A DNA stretch of 64,000 bases, from the NCBI GenBank assembly GCA_964016885.1, contig OZ024741.1, positions 34,100,001 through 34,164,000 of the forward strand. Reading direction: 5' to 3'. Made by a program: the position numbers and the translations under genes. This document shows positions 28,409 through 42,000 of this stretch, in pieces. The stretch comes from Eledone cirrhosa. Lineage: Eukaryota. Numbering within the stretch: the stretch's first letter is position 1; every line of letters begins with the position of its first letter. The notes under the pieces are model-generated. The model made no database searches. It was not told the DNA's origin and saw only the letters and a program-made list of their open reading frames with translations.

Positions 28409-29524
28409 TATATACATGCACACAGATGTACATGCTCAGAGATATACATCCATGCTCCTGTGTATATATCAATGTACATGTATGTACACATGTACAGTAA
28501 AAATATAACTACTGACTCCTTATTTAGTAGTCCAGCCCTTGACTCTTGCAAGTCAGTGGACATCACTTTCCATCCACTTTCCCTGCTGGTATGGAATTGT
28601 GGGGTCTCACATTAGAAGTGATTGCCATGTTTCTAGTTCCATGCTTAAGAAGGTTGAGGTTTTCCTTGAAACAAGCAATGTATGTCTTCTGTTGCTGTCT
28701 TCCTCTTTTTCTCCACCCCTCCTCCTCCTGTCATCTATCTACTACTACTACCCCCCCCCCCCTCCCTGGATCTTCAGTTTTCATTATATGCACCCTCCCC
28801 CCCCCACTACCTTAGTGATATATTTCCACGGCAACCTCTTTTATTACCATTTCAAGCTGTCTCTTACTAAAACTGTTCCCTTACTCATCCCCTTTTTCCC
28901 TCCTCCCCCTCCTGTTCCCCCTTCCCCTTCAGTCCTTCAGTTACTTTGCTTCCTCCCTCTTACCACCACTTTTCTCTACTTTTCTTATTTATATCCTCCC
29001 ACTATCACCTGCCAAACCAGTTTTGTTTTTAAATCTGCATTTCTTCTTATTGTTGTTGTTGTTATACTTGTGTGTGTGGTGTGTGTTGTTGTTGTTATTA
29101 TACATGTGTGTGGTGGATGTTGTTATACTTGTGTGTGGTTGTTGTTGTACTTGTGTGTGTGGTTGTTGTTGTACTTGTGTGTGTTGTGGGTGTTGTTGTA
29201 TTTGACAGTGTGTGTAGAAGAGTGTAAAAAAAGTCAGGTAATGAATGCTAACCTGGCTAGTTTAGGTTGTAGCACTACCTCCATACCCCCACCCCCACTA
29301 CCTCCACCGCCACCACCTACAGTACACCTACCTGACTGGAAAAGAAAACAATGTTTGAACCCATCCAAATCTAAATCAATGTTTCTATCTAGTGAAAGTA
29401 AACCCATAAAACCCTACAGGATATAAAGAAGTGTCTTCTGGCTTTGGCTCTAACTATAAAGACAGTGACATAACCAGGCTTCTCAATGTTCTGAAGCAAA
29501 AACACTTTGGGTGTCCTTGCCTTT

Positions 29525-30349
29525 GTCCAAGTATCGGCCACTCTCTGATAGATTTGTGATAGAGCCCGTAGCAGTGGAAACTTCCGGTGTTCTTGACCCC
29601 TGGACCACATCCCTACCCACTCAGCCTCTCTCAAATAGGTTTGTGGTAGAGTCTATAGCAGTGGAAACTTCCGGTGTTCTTGACCCCTGGACCATATCCC
29701 TACTCACTCAGCCTCTCTCAAATAGGTTTGTGGTAGAGTCTGTAGCAGTGGAAACTTCTGGTGTTCTTGACCCTTGGACCACATCCCTACTCACTGCTAT
29801 CAGAGTGGAGTTGGCTGCCCGCAGGTGTGAGCCCTGTGAGGTGGAGTGGTTGTTTCATCATGTCTCCTTCACCGTCCTCCAGGGCAATGTATTCTCCATC
29901 GTGTTGGCCAGGACCCAGAAGTGGAGGGTACGTTAGTTGGTAGTGGAGGATACTCGTTCAGATGTCACTTTCACTCATATTCTAAAAATAAAGAGTTTCC
30001 ACTATTCTATTTTAGAGAGAATGATATAGATTTAGATAGAAAGCTATAGTTCAATTATATTATATGAAATGTTCCACTGCCTCACCAGTTAACAGGTGTG
30101 TTAAACCAGAGGATATGTTGTACCTTGAGAGGGGAGGAAGACATCTTTTCAACTCCTGCATTCTATATACCCACCATGTTGCACCTATACAGAGACAGAA
30201 CACTGTGGAGAGAACATCTCCACTATATATAATAGGTTTGTGGTAGAGCCTGTAGTAGTGAAGACTTCCGGACCACATCCCTACTCACTGCTATCAGAGG
30301 CAGACAAGCTATAGAAAGATAGAAGGGCTATAATTTACAAAGCCCAGGT
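29525..30349 (+). repeat. Second copy of the CRE-like fragment and its flank (duplicate of 10728-12317), with 3 copies of the 87-bp unit and no SINE
   Basis: ORF 29511..29936 reads KYRPLSDRFVIEPVAVETSG...WLFHHVSFTVLQGNVFSIV; downstream about 400 bp are near-identical to 11932-12317. Confidence 0.9.
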
Positions 30350-30406
30350 CCAAAGTATATTTGGAGCTTATTCTGGCTGAATTGTTAAGAAGTTCACTTC
30401 ACAATT

Positions 30407-30645
30407 ATAACCCTTTAGTTACCAACCTAGCTAAAATTGGCTCTGGTTCTATGAAATAAAACCACCCATTTTAAAGGTTTCCAATTTAAATTAAAATCTT
30501 CCAACATAATTTTATATAAGAACCTTACATTAATTTACTATCTTAGTAATGAAATAATTAATAATTTTAGTAAATCCCTCAAATTCTTCATTAATTAATT
30601 AAAATAGAGTGTATTTCATTAAAAATGTGGTCATGAATGTGTTAA
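30407..30645. mobile_element. Degenerate TTAA-CCC-type MITE; related pieces at 62164-62292 and about 5522-5640
   Basis: aaccctttagttacc...ctctggttctatgaaataaaacca is shared with 62166-62292. Confidence 0.5.
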
Positions 30646-30969
30646 GTCCTGAGTTTGATCCCACCGTGTAGCATCTTGGATAAGTCTCATTTACCATATC
30701 CTCAGGTTGATCCATGCCATGTGTGTGTTGTTGACACTGCTTGATCAGCAGCCAGTGACATTTGATTGTCTCACATGAACAATATATCCATAGTTCAGTG
30801 GTTCAACATGCAAAGATCAGTGGAAGAAATCCCATTATTAAAATAATTATAAGTGTTGTTTAAGGCATTCCAACAAGGAAAGTGAATGTAAAAGCTATGA
30901 TGATATATATTAGTGATAATCATCAGCATTATGTATGCAGACACAGATTTATAAATAAATAATAACCTA

Positions 30970-31042
<73 letters not shown>

Positions 31043-31159
31043 TACACACATATAACTCTCTCTCTCTCTCTATATATATATATATCTATCTATATATATA
31101 TAGCAGTAATAATAAATACAAAGACCAAATTCCAGAGGGGACTCTTTAAGAATTTATAT

Positions 31160-31220
31160 ATCATCATCATCATCATCATTACCGTTTAACGTTCATTTTT
31201 CCACGGTGGCATGGGTTAGA
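31160..31220 (-). mobile_element. Terminal about 60 nt of an RTE element with (ATG)n tail
   Basis: Minus strand tctaacccatgccaccgtggaaaaatgaacgttaaacggt(aatg)(atg)n matches the RTE 3' end at 42195-42247. Confidence 0.8.
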
Positions 31221-31232
31221 TAATAAAAAAGG

Positions 31233-31278
31233 AAATGCTTACAGCACCTAGGTTTCCCAAGCGGTCACCCATCTAAGT
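31233..31278 (-). pseudogene. 5S rRNA 3'-terminal fragment, retroposed
   Basis: Minus strand ACTTAGATGGGTGACCGCTTGGGAAACCTAGGTGCTGTAAGC-ATTT closely follows the 3' third of animal 5S rRNA (ACTTGGATGGGxGACCGCCTGGGAATACCxGGTGCTGTAxGC), followed by a T6 run. Confidence 0.85.
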
Positions 31279-31326
31279 GTATATATGTTTATATACATGT
31301 GTGTATATATATGTTTATATATATGA

Positions 31327-31377
<51 letters not shown>

Positions 31378-31378
<1 letters not shown>

Positions 31379-32815
31379 CATCATCATCATCATCACCGTT
31401 TTACGTCTGTTCTTCCACGCTAGCATGGGTTAGACGGGTTGTCCTGTTGTGGGCACTGTCTGGTCGGCTGACCATGCCTTGCTCATACAGGAACTGATTT
31501 GGCTTGATTTCTACAGCTGGATGCCCTTCCTAACATCAACCTCATTTACAGTGAGTGCTGGGTGCTTTTTCGTGGCGCCTACACGTCCACTTTACAGTGT
31601 GGGCTGGGTGCTTTTTTGCCGTGGCACCTCCACGACCACCTTGCAGTGGGGGCGTGGAGGCATATTGTCTATATGCTTCAGCTTGTACCCATGGGAGGTC
31701 GGGTACTCTGTATTACTGCGTGACGCCAGAGGTCACGGTCGTGTGTCATCGCCTTTGAGAGGTGTAATTGGGTAAGGTCGGCTTTTATCACCTCATCCCA
31801 GGTCATCTTGAGTCTCCCCACTCCGCGGTTTCCATCGACTTCTAGTGCTCTGCACCTTTTTATGCAGCTGTCATCCTTCATACGCATCACATGTCCATAC
31901 CAACGCAACCACCTCTCCTGCACACAGCATTTGATTCCTCTTATGCTCAGTCTCTCTCTCAATTCATTTATGCTTTGTCGTTCACGTATATTACTGTTAC
32001 ACATCCATCGGAGCATGCAGGCTTCGTTTCTCTCTAATCTACGTAAGTCTTCCACCTTCAGCGCCCAGGTCTCACTACCATGCAACATCGCTGTTCGGAT
32101 ACACGCATCATACAGTCTGCCTTTCATTTTGAGGGAGAAGCCTTTTGCAGCTAGCAGTGGTAGTAGTTCCCTAAACTTCTTCCATCCCGTTCTTACCCTA
32201 GTTATTGTACTTTCTCATCACCCACCTCCGCTGCTAATTCGGTCATCTAGGTAGCAGAAGCTGTCTACTGTTTCTACAGAGCCCTCCCAGAGATTGGTGG
32301 TACTTGTTTCCTGTGGCTGTTTGCTGCTTGCTGTCCCAGCACAGCTGCTGCATGTGAAGCCTACATTCTTAATTGAGCTTCCTGAGATCCCGCTACATCT
32401 CTTGTGTACCCATTGTTTGCATTTGGGGCAGAGAATGGAGTTCCTACCTACACCTTTCCTACATACTGAGCAAGGCCATTTCCCTGAGGGGATCTGGGTT
32501 CTGTCTTCTCGTCTACTTACAAGGACCTTAGTCTTTGTCATGTTGACTTTGAGACCCTTTCTTTCTAGTCCCTGCTTCCAAGTTTGGAATTTCTTCTCTA
32601 GTTCTACCATAGATTCAGCTATAAGTGCGAGGTCATCAGCATACAGAAGTTCCCATGGGCATCCGGTCTTAAACTCCTCCGTTATTGCCTGCAGGACTAT
32701 GATGAACAGGAGGGGGCTAAGAACAGAGCCCTGGTGGACCCCAACCTGTACGCTAAATTCCTCGCTATACTCATTGCTAATCCTAACTTTGCTGACTGTT
32801 CCCCTATACATGGCT

Positions 32816-32819
<4 letters not shown>
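31378..32819 (-). mobile_element. 5'-truncated RTE LINE, second subfamily, with disrupted RT C-terminal ORF
   Basis: ORFs 32218..32811 (GVHQGSVLSPLLF, YADD) and 31678..32127 are separated by in-frame stops; (CAT)n tail on the + strand; (TA)n on both flanks. Confidence 0.93.
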
Positions 32820-32872
<53 letters not shown>

Positions 32873-32897
32873 ATTAGAAAGAGCCAGGGTCCGACAA

Positions 32898-32976
32898 CTG
32901 AGCACTTGACGTTTCAACAGCTAGTCCCAGACTATTTTAGAGTCTTGGACTAGCTGTTGAAATGCCAAGTGCTCAG
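32898..32976. repeat. Hairpin with a 36-bp stem and 7-nt loop
   Basis: ctgagcacttgacgtttcaacagctagtcccagact / attttag / agtcttggactagctgttgaaatgccaagtgctcag. Confidence 0.85.
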
Positions 32977-33571
32977 CTGCATAAACATTAAATGAATATT
33001 AAAACTATACTTCGGTATTGAGTACTTTTTCTCACATTCATCAATAATGCACATGCACACACACACACGCATATATAATGTATAATGTGTGTATGTATAT
33101 ATGTATAAACTCACACAGTGTATGTGGTGTGTGTGTGTGGGTGTGTGTAGGCGTGTGAATGAATGAATGATAGTTCCACAATCAATTTGTAAAGAGCAGT
33201 CAGTCTGATAGCTTAGACAAGTCTCTTTATAGTCAGCTAATCTCATGTAACATGTTGTGAACAGCTATAAAAAGATTTCTCAATAAAATTCTATCTAATA
33301 GATATTCTACTCATGCATTCAACTATGTCGGAAATACAACGTTAAGAGGCAACTTACATACTTACATGTGTATGTGTGTGTATATATTTATTTATATACA
33401 TATATATATCCATATATGGATATTTGTGTGTGTGTGTGTAATTCTTTAAATGAGGAAATGTGTGTATATATATACATATACACATGTATGTGTATATATA
33501 TATATATATATATACGTGTGTGTGTATGGGTGTATATATATATATATGTGTGTGTATATATGTGTGTATGA

Positions 33572-33622
<51 letters not shown>

Positions 33623-33967
33623 GCATGTCTATTTTGACTGACTTCACTCTCTGTTTGTCAGTTTAAAGAAACCAAACCTTCATTCCAGTTTAATCACTAC
33701 CGTAACCATTCTTATCAACACCATTACCATCGACACCACCACCATCATCATCATCACTACTCTAACCATTCTTATCAACACCCCCACCACCATTACCATC
33801 ATCATCATCATCATCACAACCATTACCACCAGCACCATCATCATCATCATCAACATCCTGATAGCAGTGTATTTCTGAAAAACTATTATAATCAGCTTCG
33901 TTATATTTATATATTTTTTGATAACATTCCCTCTGTCCTGTCTCCATACATACACTCACACACATAA

Positions 33968-34039
<72 letters not shown>

Positions 34040-34289
34040 ATGATTAAGATAGTGCAATAAATAGATGTTTCTAAATAGTCATATTGAGGAAACAACAAAA
34101 TATCTGTAGCAACAGCAAACTATATATTTATATATATGTGTGTGTATATATATATATATGTATGTGTATTTATGTGTGTGTGTATATATTTTTCTACACA
34201 TCCATTACTGTTGCCATGACAAATTTCCTCCTCCAGCTCACCCTGTCCAGCTCACCCTGTCCAGCTCACCCTGTCCAGCTCACACTGTC

Positions 34290-34862
34290 CAGCTCAGACT
34301 GTCCAACATTGCTGTCTGAACTTCCCCTACCTCCAACCTTGTGTCATCTTCAAGTACATCCTTTTCTGGAAATGCATCAGATTTCCAGAAAAGAACTTTG
34401 CCATTAGGTCCATTGTGTTGTTTCACATGTCTGGCTAATGCGAGCCTCCTATGCCTTATAATGTCAGAAAGGTGAAGGTGTGAGTCATAGAGCAATTTCT
34501 TTACTACATGTGTTCTCCAGGATATGTTCTGGACCTTTCTCAGCATCAGGGTGAATGTGCCATTAAACCTCTTTGTGAGTATTTTTGTCAGTGTCCGTGT
34601 CTCACATCCGTGGAGAAGAAGGGACTCAACCATTGCATTGATTAGCCTCATTTTTGTGCCTTCTTTGATCAGAGACACCCACACCTTCCCTAGAGAGTTG
34701 TGAGGCCCCTCCCGCATGCCCTGCATATCCTGGTGTCCATAAAACCGCAAGCATTTGTTTACTTTGAGATGCATAAATTTTGTTTTGCCAGCATCAAAGA
34801 AAAGTCCAATGGACTGTGCTGAAGTCTCCAGTTTCTTTAGTAGCTTGCAAAAGGTTGTCACT
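34290..34862 (-). mobile_element. Old RTE-like LINE remnant (post-RT region), a different family
   Basis: ORF 34280..34861 contains IGLFFDAGKTKFM, VESLLLHGCETRTLT, MLRKVQNISW and IIRHRRLALARHV. Confidence 0.8.
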
Positions 34863-34864
34863 TA

Positions 34865-35480
34865 GGAATTTCCAGTTGTCCTCTACATTATATGTACCAA
34901 GCTCGTCGTCCCTCTCATCTGCATCCTCTAGGGCCTTTCTAAACCTATATTTAACTGAAAGGTCCTTTAGCTTCCAAACCCTCTGTCTTAATATTTTCCT
35001 GCGTGTATTGTTCTGTCTTGTTTATTTTGATGTCACTAATAACTAACTTGTGTTGGGCAGTGCATTCTTCCCCAGGGAAGGCCTTAGTATTTATTACAGT
35101 CTGCTTGGGCAGTGCATTCTTCCCCAGGGAAGGTCGTAGTGTTTATTACAGTCCGTTTATCTTAATGTCTTTCGAGTAAGTAATCAATTTGGCTTCTGTG
35201 TTCACCTGATTGATATGAGATCAGGCGATTTGCTGGTTTCCTGAAATTTGTGTTGCAAATGGTTAGTTCATTCATGTCACAAAATTCCAGGAGCCTTAAT
35301 CCTTCTTCATTTCTTGAGCCATAACCATAGCCACTGTGAGCTCCACTGAATCCATCTGTCCCACATGTCCATTGAAGTTGCCTGCCAAGATGATGAGGTC
35401 ACCTTTATCATACCTGAAGCTGTCAGTAAAAATTCTTCATAGAACCTGTCTTTTTAGTCTTTACTTAGTTCTGCCAGCAG
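34865..35480 (-). mobile_element. Old RTE AP-endonuclease remnant with an internal about 52-bp tandem duplication (35050-35155)
   Basis: Minus strand translates to ILAGNFNGHVG...GYGSRNEEGLRLLEFCDMNELTICNTNFRK...SQIDYLL, homologous to the ORF at 39337. Confidence 0.8.
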
Positions 35481-35505
35481 GGGGTGGGGGACGGGGTTAG
35501 GTAGA

Positions 35506-35552
<47 letters not shown>

Positions 35553-35897
35553 GTGTGTGTGTCCCACCCTACCTGTCCATTCTATATCATCCCAATCTAC
35601 ACACACATACACACCCTCACATATCGAACCCCTTCCCCTTATATACTACAATCCCTCACCTACCTAATGAGAAGTGATAGTATCTGGTGGTGGTGATGGT
35701 AGTGACAGCCACAGTGGTGGCGGGGGCGTGTTGATTGTGGTGGTGGTCGTGGCGGTAGTGATAGTGATAGTATCTGATGGTGGTGGTGATGGTAGCCACA
35801 GTCGCAGTGGTGGTGGTGTGCAGGAGACAGAACAAGGAACAACTATGTCTTGATTATTTTCTCGACCCACACATTTCTCTCTTGATTCACATATTCA

Positions 35898-36110
<213 letters not shown>

Positions 36111-36533
36111 TTATGTACATGTCAATGTATATACATATATATATATATATATGTATACACATGCACACACAAACATTGATTTTCACACATGCCCATCTAC
36201 ACACACATACATGTGGACACACTACACACAATATTCACACACATACATGTGCATACACATCTACTTACACACACATCTACACACACACACACATCTATAT
36301 ACATACATCTACACACGCATTTCAGTTTACACAGTTGTTTGCATCAGCAGCAGTGGTAGCATTAGCAGCAGTTATAGTAGCAGCAGCAGGACACTTCAAT
36401 TCTATATGACACGTGTTCCCACCTTCTCCTGAAAGTCAGAACAGGCAGTGAATTACATAGAAATGTCACCTTTGACAGAAGGTAAATTCTGTCTCCTAAA
36501 ACCACCAGTAATGATGGACAGTGGGGCTTTTAA

Positions 36534-36745
36534 CCCTTTAGCATTTATATTACTCTATATATACTGTTGTATTTTTGTGTTAAAGACTTTATCTTACATA
36601 ATTATCTCACATAATATCGAATTTTGATGTTATTTATTTTGAGAACAATACCTTAAGATCAGTATAAGTGGCCAGCTACAGCTAGTTTGAACAGAAAAAG
36701 GTGAGAGAATTCTGGCTGGATACGACCTTTTTAAATGCTAAAGGG
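36534..36745. mobile_element. piggyBac-type MITE (212 bp)
   Basis: TTAA|CCCTTTAGCATTTA ... TAAATGCTAAAGGG|TTAA: a perfect 14-bp TIR starting with CCC and a TTAA target duplication. Confidence 0.8.
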
Positions 36746-37133
36746 TTAAAGAACAGATGAAGAAACAGCAAGAAATCTCTGCCATGGATTGAAGCACATC
36801 CATGTATCACAGTTGGTACTTGGTTCCGAGGCCCAAGAGCTAAGAAGGCCCCACAGCAACCATGCAACACTCATTTTGAGAAAAATCATTGTCTGCTTCG
36901 GGCCCCAGGAGGGTCTTGTAACACTTTGCACAATTTCTCTTGGAGGCCCTGGTCACAGTTAACATTCTAGATGTGATGTGGTATATCACAGTATCTCCAG
37001 ATAATTTTGTGATAGTTATTCCACTCTAAAACTGAAGGTGATGTAGAATATAGTGTTCTATCTAGAACCACAATAGAGATGATGAGAGGTAAATATCACA
37101 TTTACATCCTGGATTGGTTAGTAGTTCACTTAT

Positions 37134-37362
37134 CAGTCCACCTAGCTGTCAGTAATAGGTACCAGATCAATGTGGTTCAGTCTCAGACCACTGTCCACCA
37201 CAGTCCATCTAGCTGTCAGTAATAGGTACCAGATTAATGTTGTTCAGTCTCGGACCACAGTCCACCGAACTGACAGTAATAGGTACCAAATTAATATGGT
37301 TGTCTCTCAGACCACAGTCCACCGAACTACCAATAATAAATGCCAGATCTATGTGGTTTAGT
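37134..37362. repeat. 57-bp minisatellite, 4 diverged copies
   Basis: cagtcca...cagtaataggtacc at 37134, 37201, 37258 and (diverged) 37315. Confidence 0.85.
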
Positions 37363-37624
37363 CCCTGTTTACCCCCCCCCCCCCTCATATACTTCATCTA
37401 GCCCCTCTCACCTGGGAGATCATAAACTCTTATTTAGTTTAAAATCAAAGCCTCAGCCTTAATCTTTATTTTTAAATTAAACAAGAACCGTAAACCTCTT
37501 TATTTAGGTGAACCAAATATTTAGACATGTTCATTGAGAGGTGCCTCTACACAGTTACATGATCTACTTGAAATAGCAGCCAAATCTGTCTCTAGTCACT
37601 TAATACCATCTTCTTCTTCTTGTG

Positions 37625-37830
37625 GGGGCAGTGTCCTCAAACACTCCTTCCAGTGGGTCTCCTACCTGTTGGTTTGGCCCGTAAAATCTGTCCAGCCATT
37701 CTTTCCCTGAGACATTTTTACCACATGTCCATAGTATCAGAGCTGTGATCTCTCAATCCGGAGAAGTTGCAGCTCTTCCTGGATTTACAAATGGACACGG
37801 TGGTCATGATTGGATCACCTTCCATTCTAG
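37625..37830 (-). mobile_element. Degenerate RTE (Rex3/Expander-like) C-terminal remnant
   Basis: Minus strand reads LLRIERSQL*YYGHVVKMSQ, then after a frameshift ERMAGQILRAKPTGRRPTGR. Confidence 0.65.
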
Positions 37831-39029
37831 GTCTGCTGGTTCATGGTTGATTCGGGGCTAAACAAGAACAACAACAACATGTGAATAATTGATGAAAAGT
37901 AAAAACATTGCTGTGACCTTTGACATGTTTTTGTTTGTAGTAGTGGTCATGGTAGGAGTGGGGATTGAATTCCCAGTAATGTTTATAAACATTTGTAGCT
38001 GCATTTACCACGTAAAACCACAGTACCTTGGGGTGGGGGTTGCAGGACGGAATGCCAAGGACATTGAAAGGGATCAACTAAAATACACTATATCTCTCTC
38101 TCTCTCTCTCTCTCTCTATAGTGAGTGAGAGAGAGATATCTAGACATATATTCCCCTATCTCTATATCTCTCTCTATATATATATATAAAAAATATATAT
38201 ATATATATACACATATTTACCTCTCTCTCTCTTTCTATATATATATATATATATATATATTTATTAAAATAACAGATTAAAGTTTAAGCAAAGAATCGCT
38301 GCTTTCACCCTTAACGGGATCTGCTGAAACTATTTGCTCTACGGTTCTTATATATTTGATATATATTTATCCTTATCGAGCCCTCTTTGGATTTTAGTCT
38401 TCAAATTTATTATTATTACTATATATATATATATATATATATATGCAAAAGTTCTATTTAAATTGTTGGGATACAACAAGTAAATATTTTTATAACTGAT
38501 ACACCCAGGCACCCTTCACCCTCCATCTACTCCACGAGGGACTGCGGTCAGCCACTCTCTCTCTCTCCCCCTCCCCCTCTCTCTCTCTCTCTTAGCTACA
38601 TATATATATATATATAAGATAAATTCCCCTTCATGGTTAATCACTTTCGCCAATTCATTGCTGCTTCAATTCAGTGCTGTTTCCTACTACGGTGTACCCA
38701 TGTAATCGTAACGTACACATTTTTCTATCTACTCCACGCTTCAATTTCGTACCTAGTCCAAACATCCAATTTCGCAAAATCCGAAATCTGTATTTTTTGT
38801 TATTTATTTATGTTAAATACGGTTGTTTTTGTCGTATTGAACAGAACAAATCTTGCATTTTTGCTTTTTGTTAATCGCTTAAACATTCATAACCTTCCAG
38901 CTAGCTACCCCACACCCCTCCCACCTGCCCCCACACACCACCATTCTTAATACGTGGACCAATCATAAGCCAGACCCCACCCCCCACCCACGCATCACCA
39001 TTATTATTATTACACGGACCAATCATAAG

Positions 39030-42000
39030 CCAGAGGCCTATACTATCGCTTGCCCGGTTGCCTCCGACATATGATGGATGGATGGATGAACTGCGGAATC
39101 CTGGAGAGTGGAAGGGAGAGAAAAATCTGGACGCTCAGAGCGAAAATGCCAAAGTTAAAGTCAAATTCACCTCGTGGACGAGAATGCGAGCACTCCTCTT
39201 TGTTTCCTCTTTGTTAGCGGATGGCTAACATAACCCCATCTCCCCCCGCCCCCACCCTCCAAACGCAATCCAAAACTTCAGAGTTGGTACCATAAATGTA
39301 GGCACCCTAAAGGGTCGCGCTAACGAGGTTGTAGAAATGCTTGAACGTAAGGAGGTCGATGTTTGTTGTATTCAAGAGACCAGGTGGAGGGGTGGGTCTG
39401 CTAGATTCATTGAGGGTAAAAAACGATGTTATAAGCTTTTCTGGGTGGGAAACGACGATGGGCTGAGTGGAGTAGGAATCATGGTAGCAGAAAAGTGGGC
39501 AGATAAGATAATAGACGTAAATAGAGTGAACGACAGAATAATTAAAATACGACTTGTCCTCAATAGAACTACGGTGACAGTAATATCTGTGTACGCACCC
39601 CAATCCGGACTGCCCGGCACTATAAAAGACAGATTCTATGAGACACTGATGCTAACTACCTCCCAAATATCCGACAGTGACTATATAATTATTGCAGGCG
39701 ACCTAAATGGTCACGTTGGACAACATTGTGACGGCTACGACGAAATCCATGGAGGCTATGGGTTTGGTACTAGAAATGAGGAAGGCTCCAGAATCCTGGA
39801 ATTCTGTGATGCAAATAACCTAACTATCTGTAACACTAACTTCAAAAAACGTGACAATCACCTGATCACCTATAGATCCGGGGAACACACAAGCCAGGTA
39901 GATTATATCCTTACCAGAAGACGTGACAGAGTGTCTGTTGTAAACACTAAATCCCTCCCCCACGAAGAATGCACCTCCCAACATAGACTGATAATTAGCG
40001 ACCTCATAGTCAGGACGAGACGTACTCGACAGCAGAAGAGGACTATCCTCAGGAGAAAAATATGGAAGCTAAAGGACCCCACAGGGAGAAATAAATTTCA
40101 AAGCATATTACTTGATGCTTTCGACAGTAAGGAAGAACATTTAGAGTCGGACAATATAGAGGGACAGTGGGAATTTCTGAAAGCAAACCTGCTGTTGGCG
40201 ACAGACGAAGTCTGTGGCTGGAGCAGGCCTGTAGGCAGAAGGAGAGTAACATGGTGGTGGAACAGTAAGGTGGAGGGGTCAATTAAGGCCAAAAAGCAGG
40301 CTTGGAAAGTATGGAGGGATGGGGGAAGTAGAGAAGACTATCAAGTGGCCAGGAGGGAAGCTAGGAGACAAGTGTACTTAGCAAGAAGGGAAGCTGAGGA
40401 AAGAAAGTTCAAGCATGTTCTACAACGCGATGACCAAAAAACGTGAGGTGTTCAGGATTGCTAGGCAATGCGTCAAGGAAAACCGTGATATTGTCGGGGA
40501 GAAGTGTGTACTTAACGATGATGGCATACTTGCCATCACCGACGCTGATAAGAAGGTAGCTTGGAAGTGTCACTATGAAAGGCTACTAAATGAGGAGAAT
40601 AAATGGGAGAAAGACAGTCTCCCCCATATCGACCCAATAGAGGGACCAGCAGTGTTAGTCGAGGGGAGTATAATAAGTAAGGCAATCAAGGATATGAAGA
40701 CGGGTAAGGCGGCTGGGCCTTCGGAAATAGTTGCTGAGATGCTGAAGGTATCTGGCACGGTGGGACACACCATGGTCACCCGCATGGTTAACCAAGTCGT
40801 ACATCATGGGGTTGTTCCGAAGGACTGGCATAGCAGCATCATTGTTAACTGTTACAAGGGTAAAGGAGATGCCCTAGATAGGAGTAACTATAGAGGCATT
40901 AAATTAATCGACCAGGTCATGAAGGTCACGGAAAAAGTAATAGCGCAACTAATCAGAGAGAGAATTGACCTAGATGAAATGCAGTTCGGGTTTGTGTCAG
41001 GCAAAAGTACCACAGACGCTCTTTTCATAGTACGACAACTACAGGAGAAGTACCTAGCTAAAGGTAAACCCCTCTACTTAGCTTTTGTCGACTTGGAGAA
41101 AGCCTTCGACAGAGTCCCCCGCTCCATTATCTGGTGGGCTCTTAGAAAACTAGGCGTTGACGAATGGCTTGTGAGGGCTATACAAGCCATGTATAAAGAA
41201 ACAGTCAGCAAGGTTAGAATTAACAACGAATATAGTGAAGAGTTTAGCGTAAAAGTTGGCGTCCATCAGGGCTCTGTTCTCAGCCCCCTACTATTTATTA
41301 TTGCCCTTCAGGCTATAACAGAGGAGTTCAAGACCAGCTGCCCATGGGAACTCCTATACGCAGATGATCTAACGCTCATAACTGAATCAATGGCCGAGCT
41401 AGAGAAGAAATTCCAAACATGGAAGCACGGCCTAGAGTCAAAAGGACTTAAAATTAGCCTGGCTAAGACTAAAGTTCTAGTTTGTAGGAAAGAAAACAAG
41501 GCGGCGGTCCCTTCTGGGAAATGGTCGTGCTCGGTGTGTAGGAAAAGCTTGCATGCTCCGCTGGATGTGTAACAGTAATATACGTGAACGGCAAAGCATA
41601 AACGAACTAAGGAAAAAATTAGAGATAAGAGGGATCAGATGTTGTTTACTCGAGAGAAGGCTACGTTGGTATGGACACGTGATGCGCATGAAAGTCGATA
41701 GCTGTATAACAAAGTGCAGGGCAATAAAGATAGACGGTAGCCACGGAATAGGCAGACCTAGAAAAACCTGGGACGAGCTGATAAACTCCGACCTCACACA
41801 CTTACACCTCTCCAAGACAATGTCACTGGACCGAGACCTTTGGCGGTACTCAGTAACAGAGAAGACCCGCCTTGCCAGTAGGCATCTCTAACGAAATACA
41901 CCCCGTCCCACCACCCCCACCACCCCCACCCCATCCACACCACCCCGTTCTATGTAAAGTTATGTTGGTGCCGCGCCATCGAGGCCGAAACAAATGAGAT

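Noticed and set aside
31233-31278. Functional 5S rRNA gene
   Set aside because: Only the 3' third is present; the 5' region and box A are missing.
38950-39035. Duplicated CCAAT boxes as a LINE promoter
   Set aside because: A simple 20-bp local duplication; the element's 5' boundary is undefined, so no function can be assigned.
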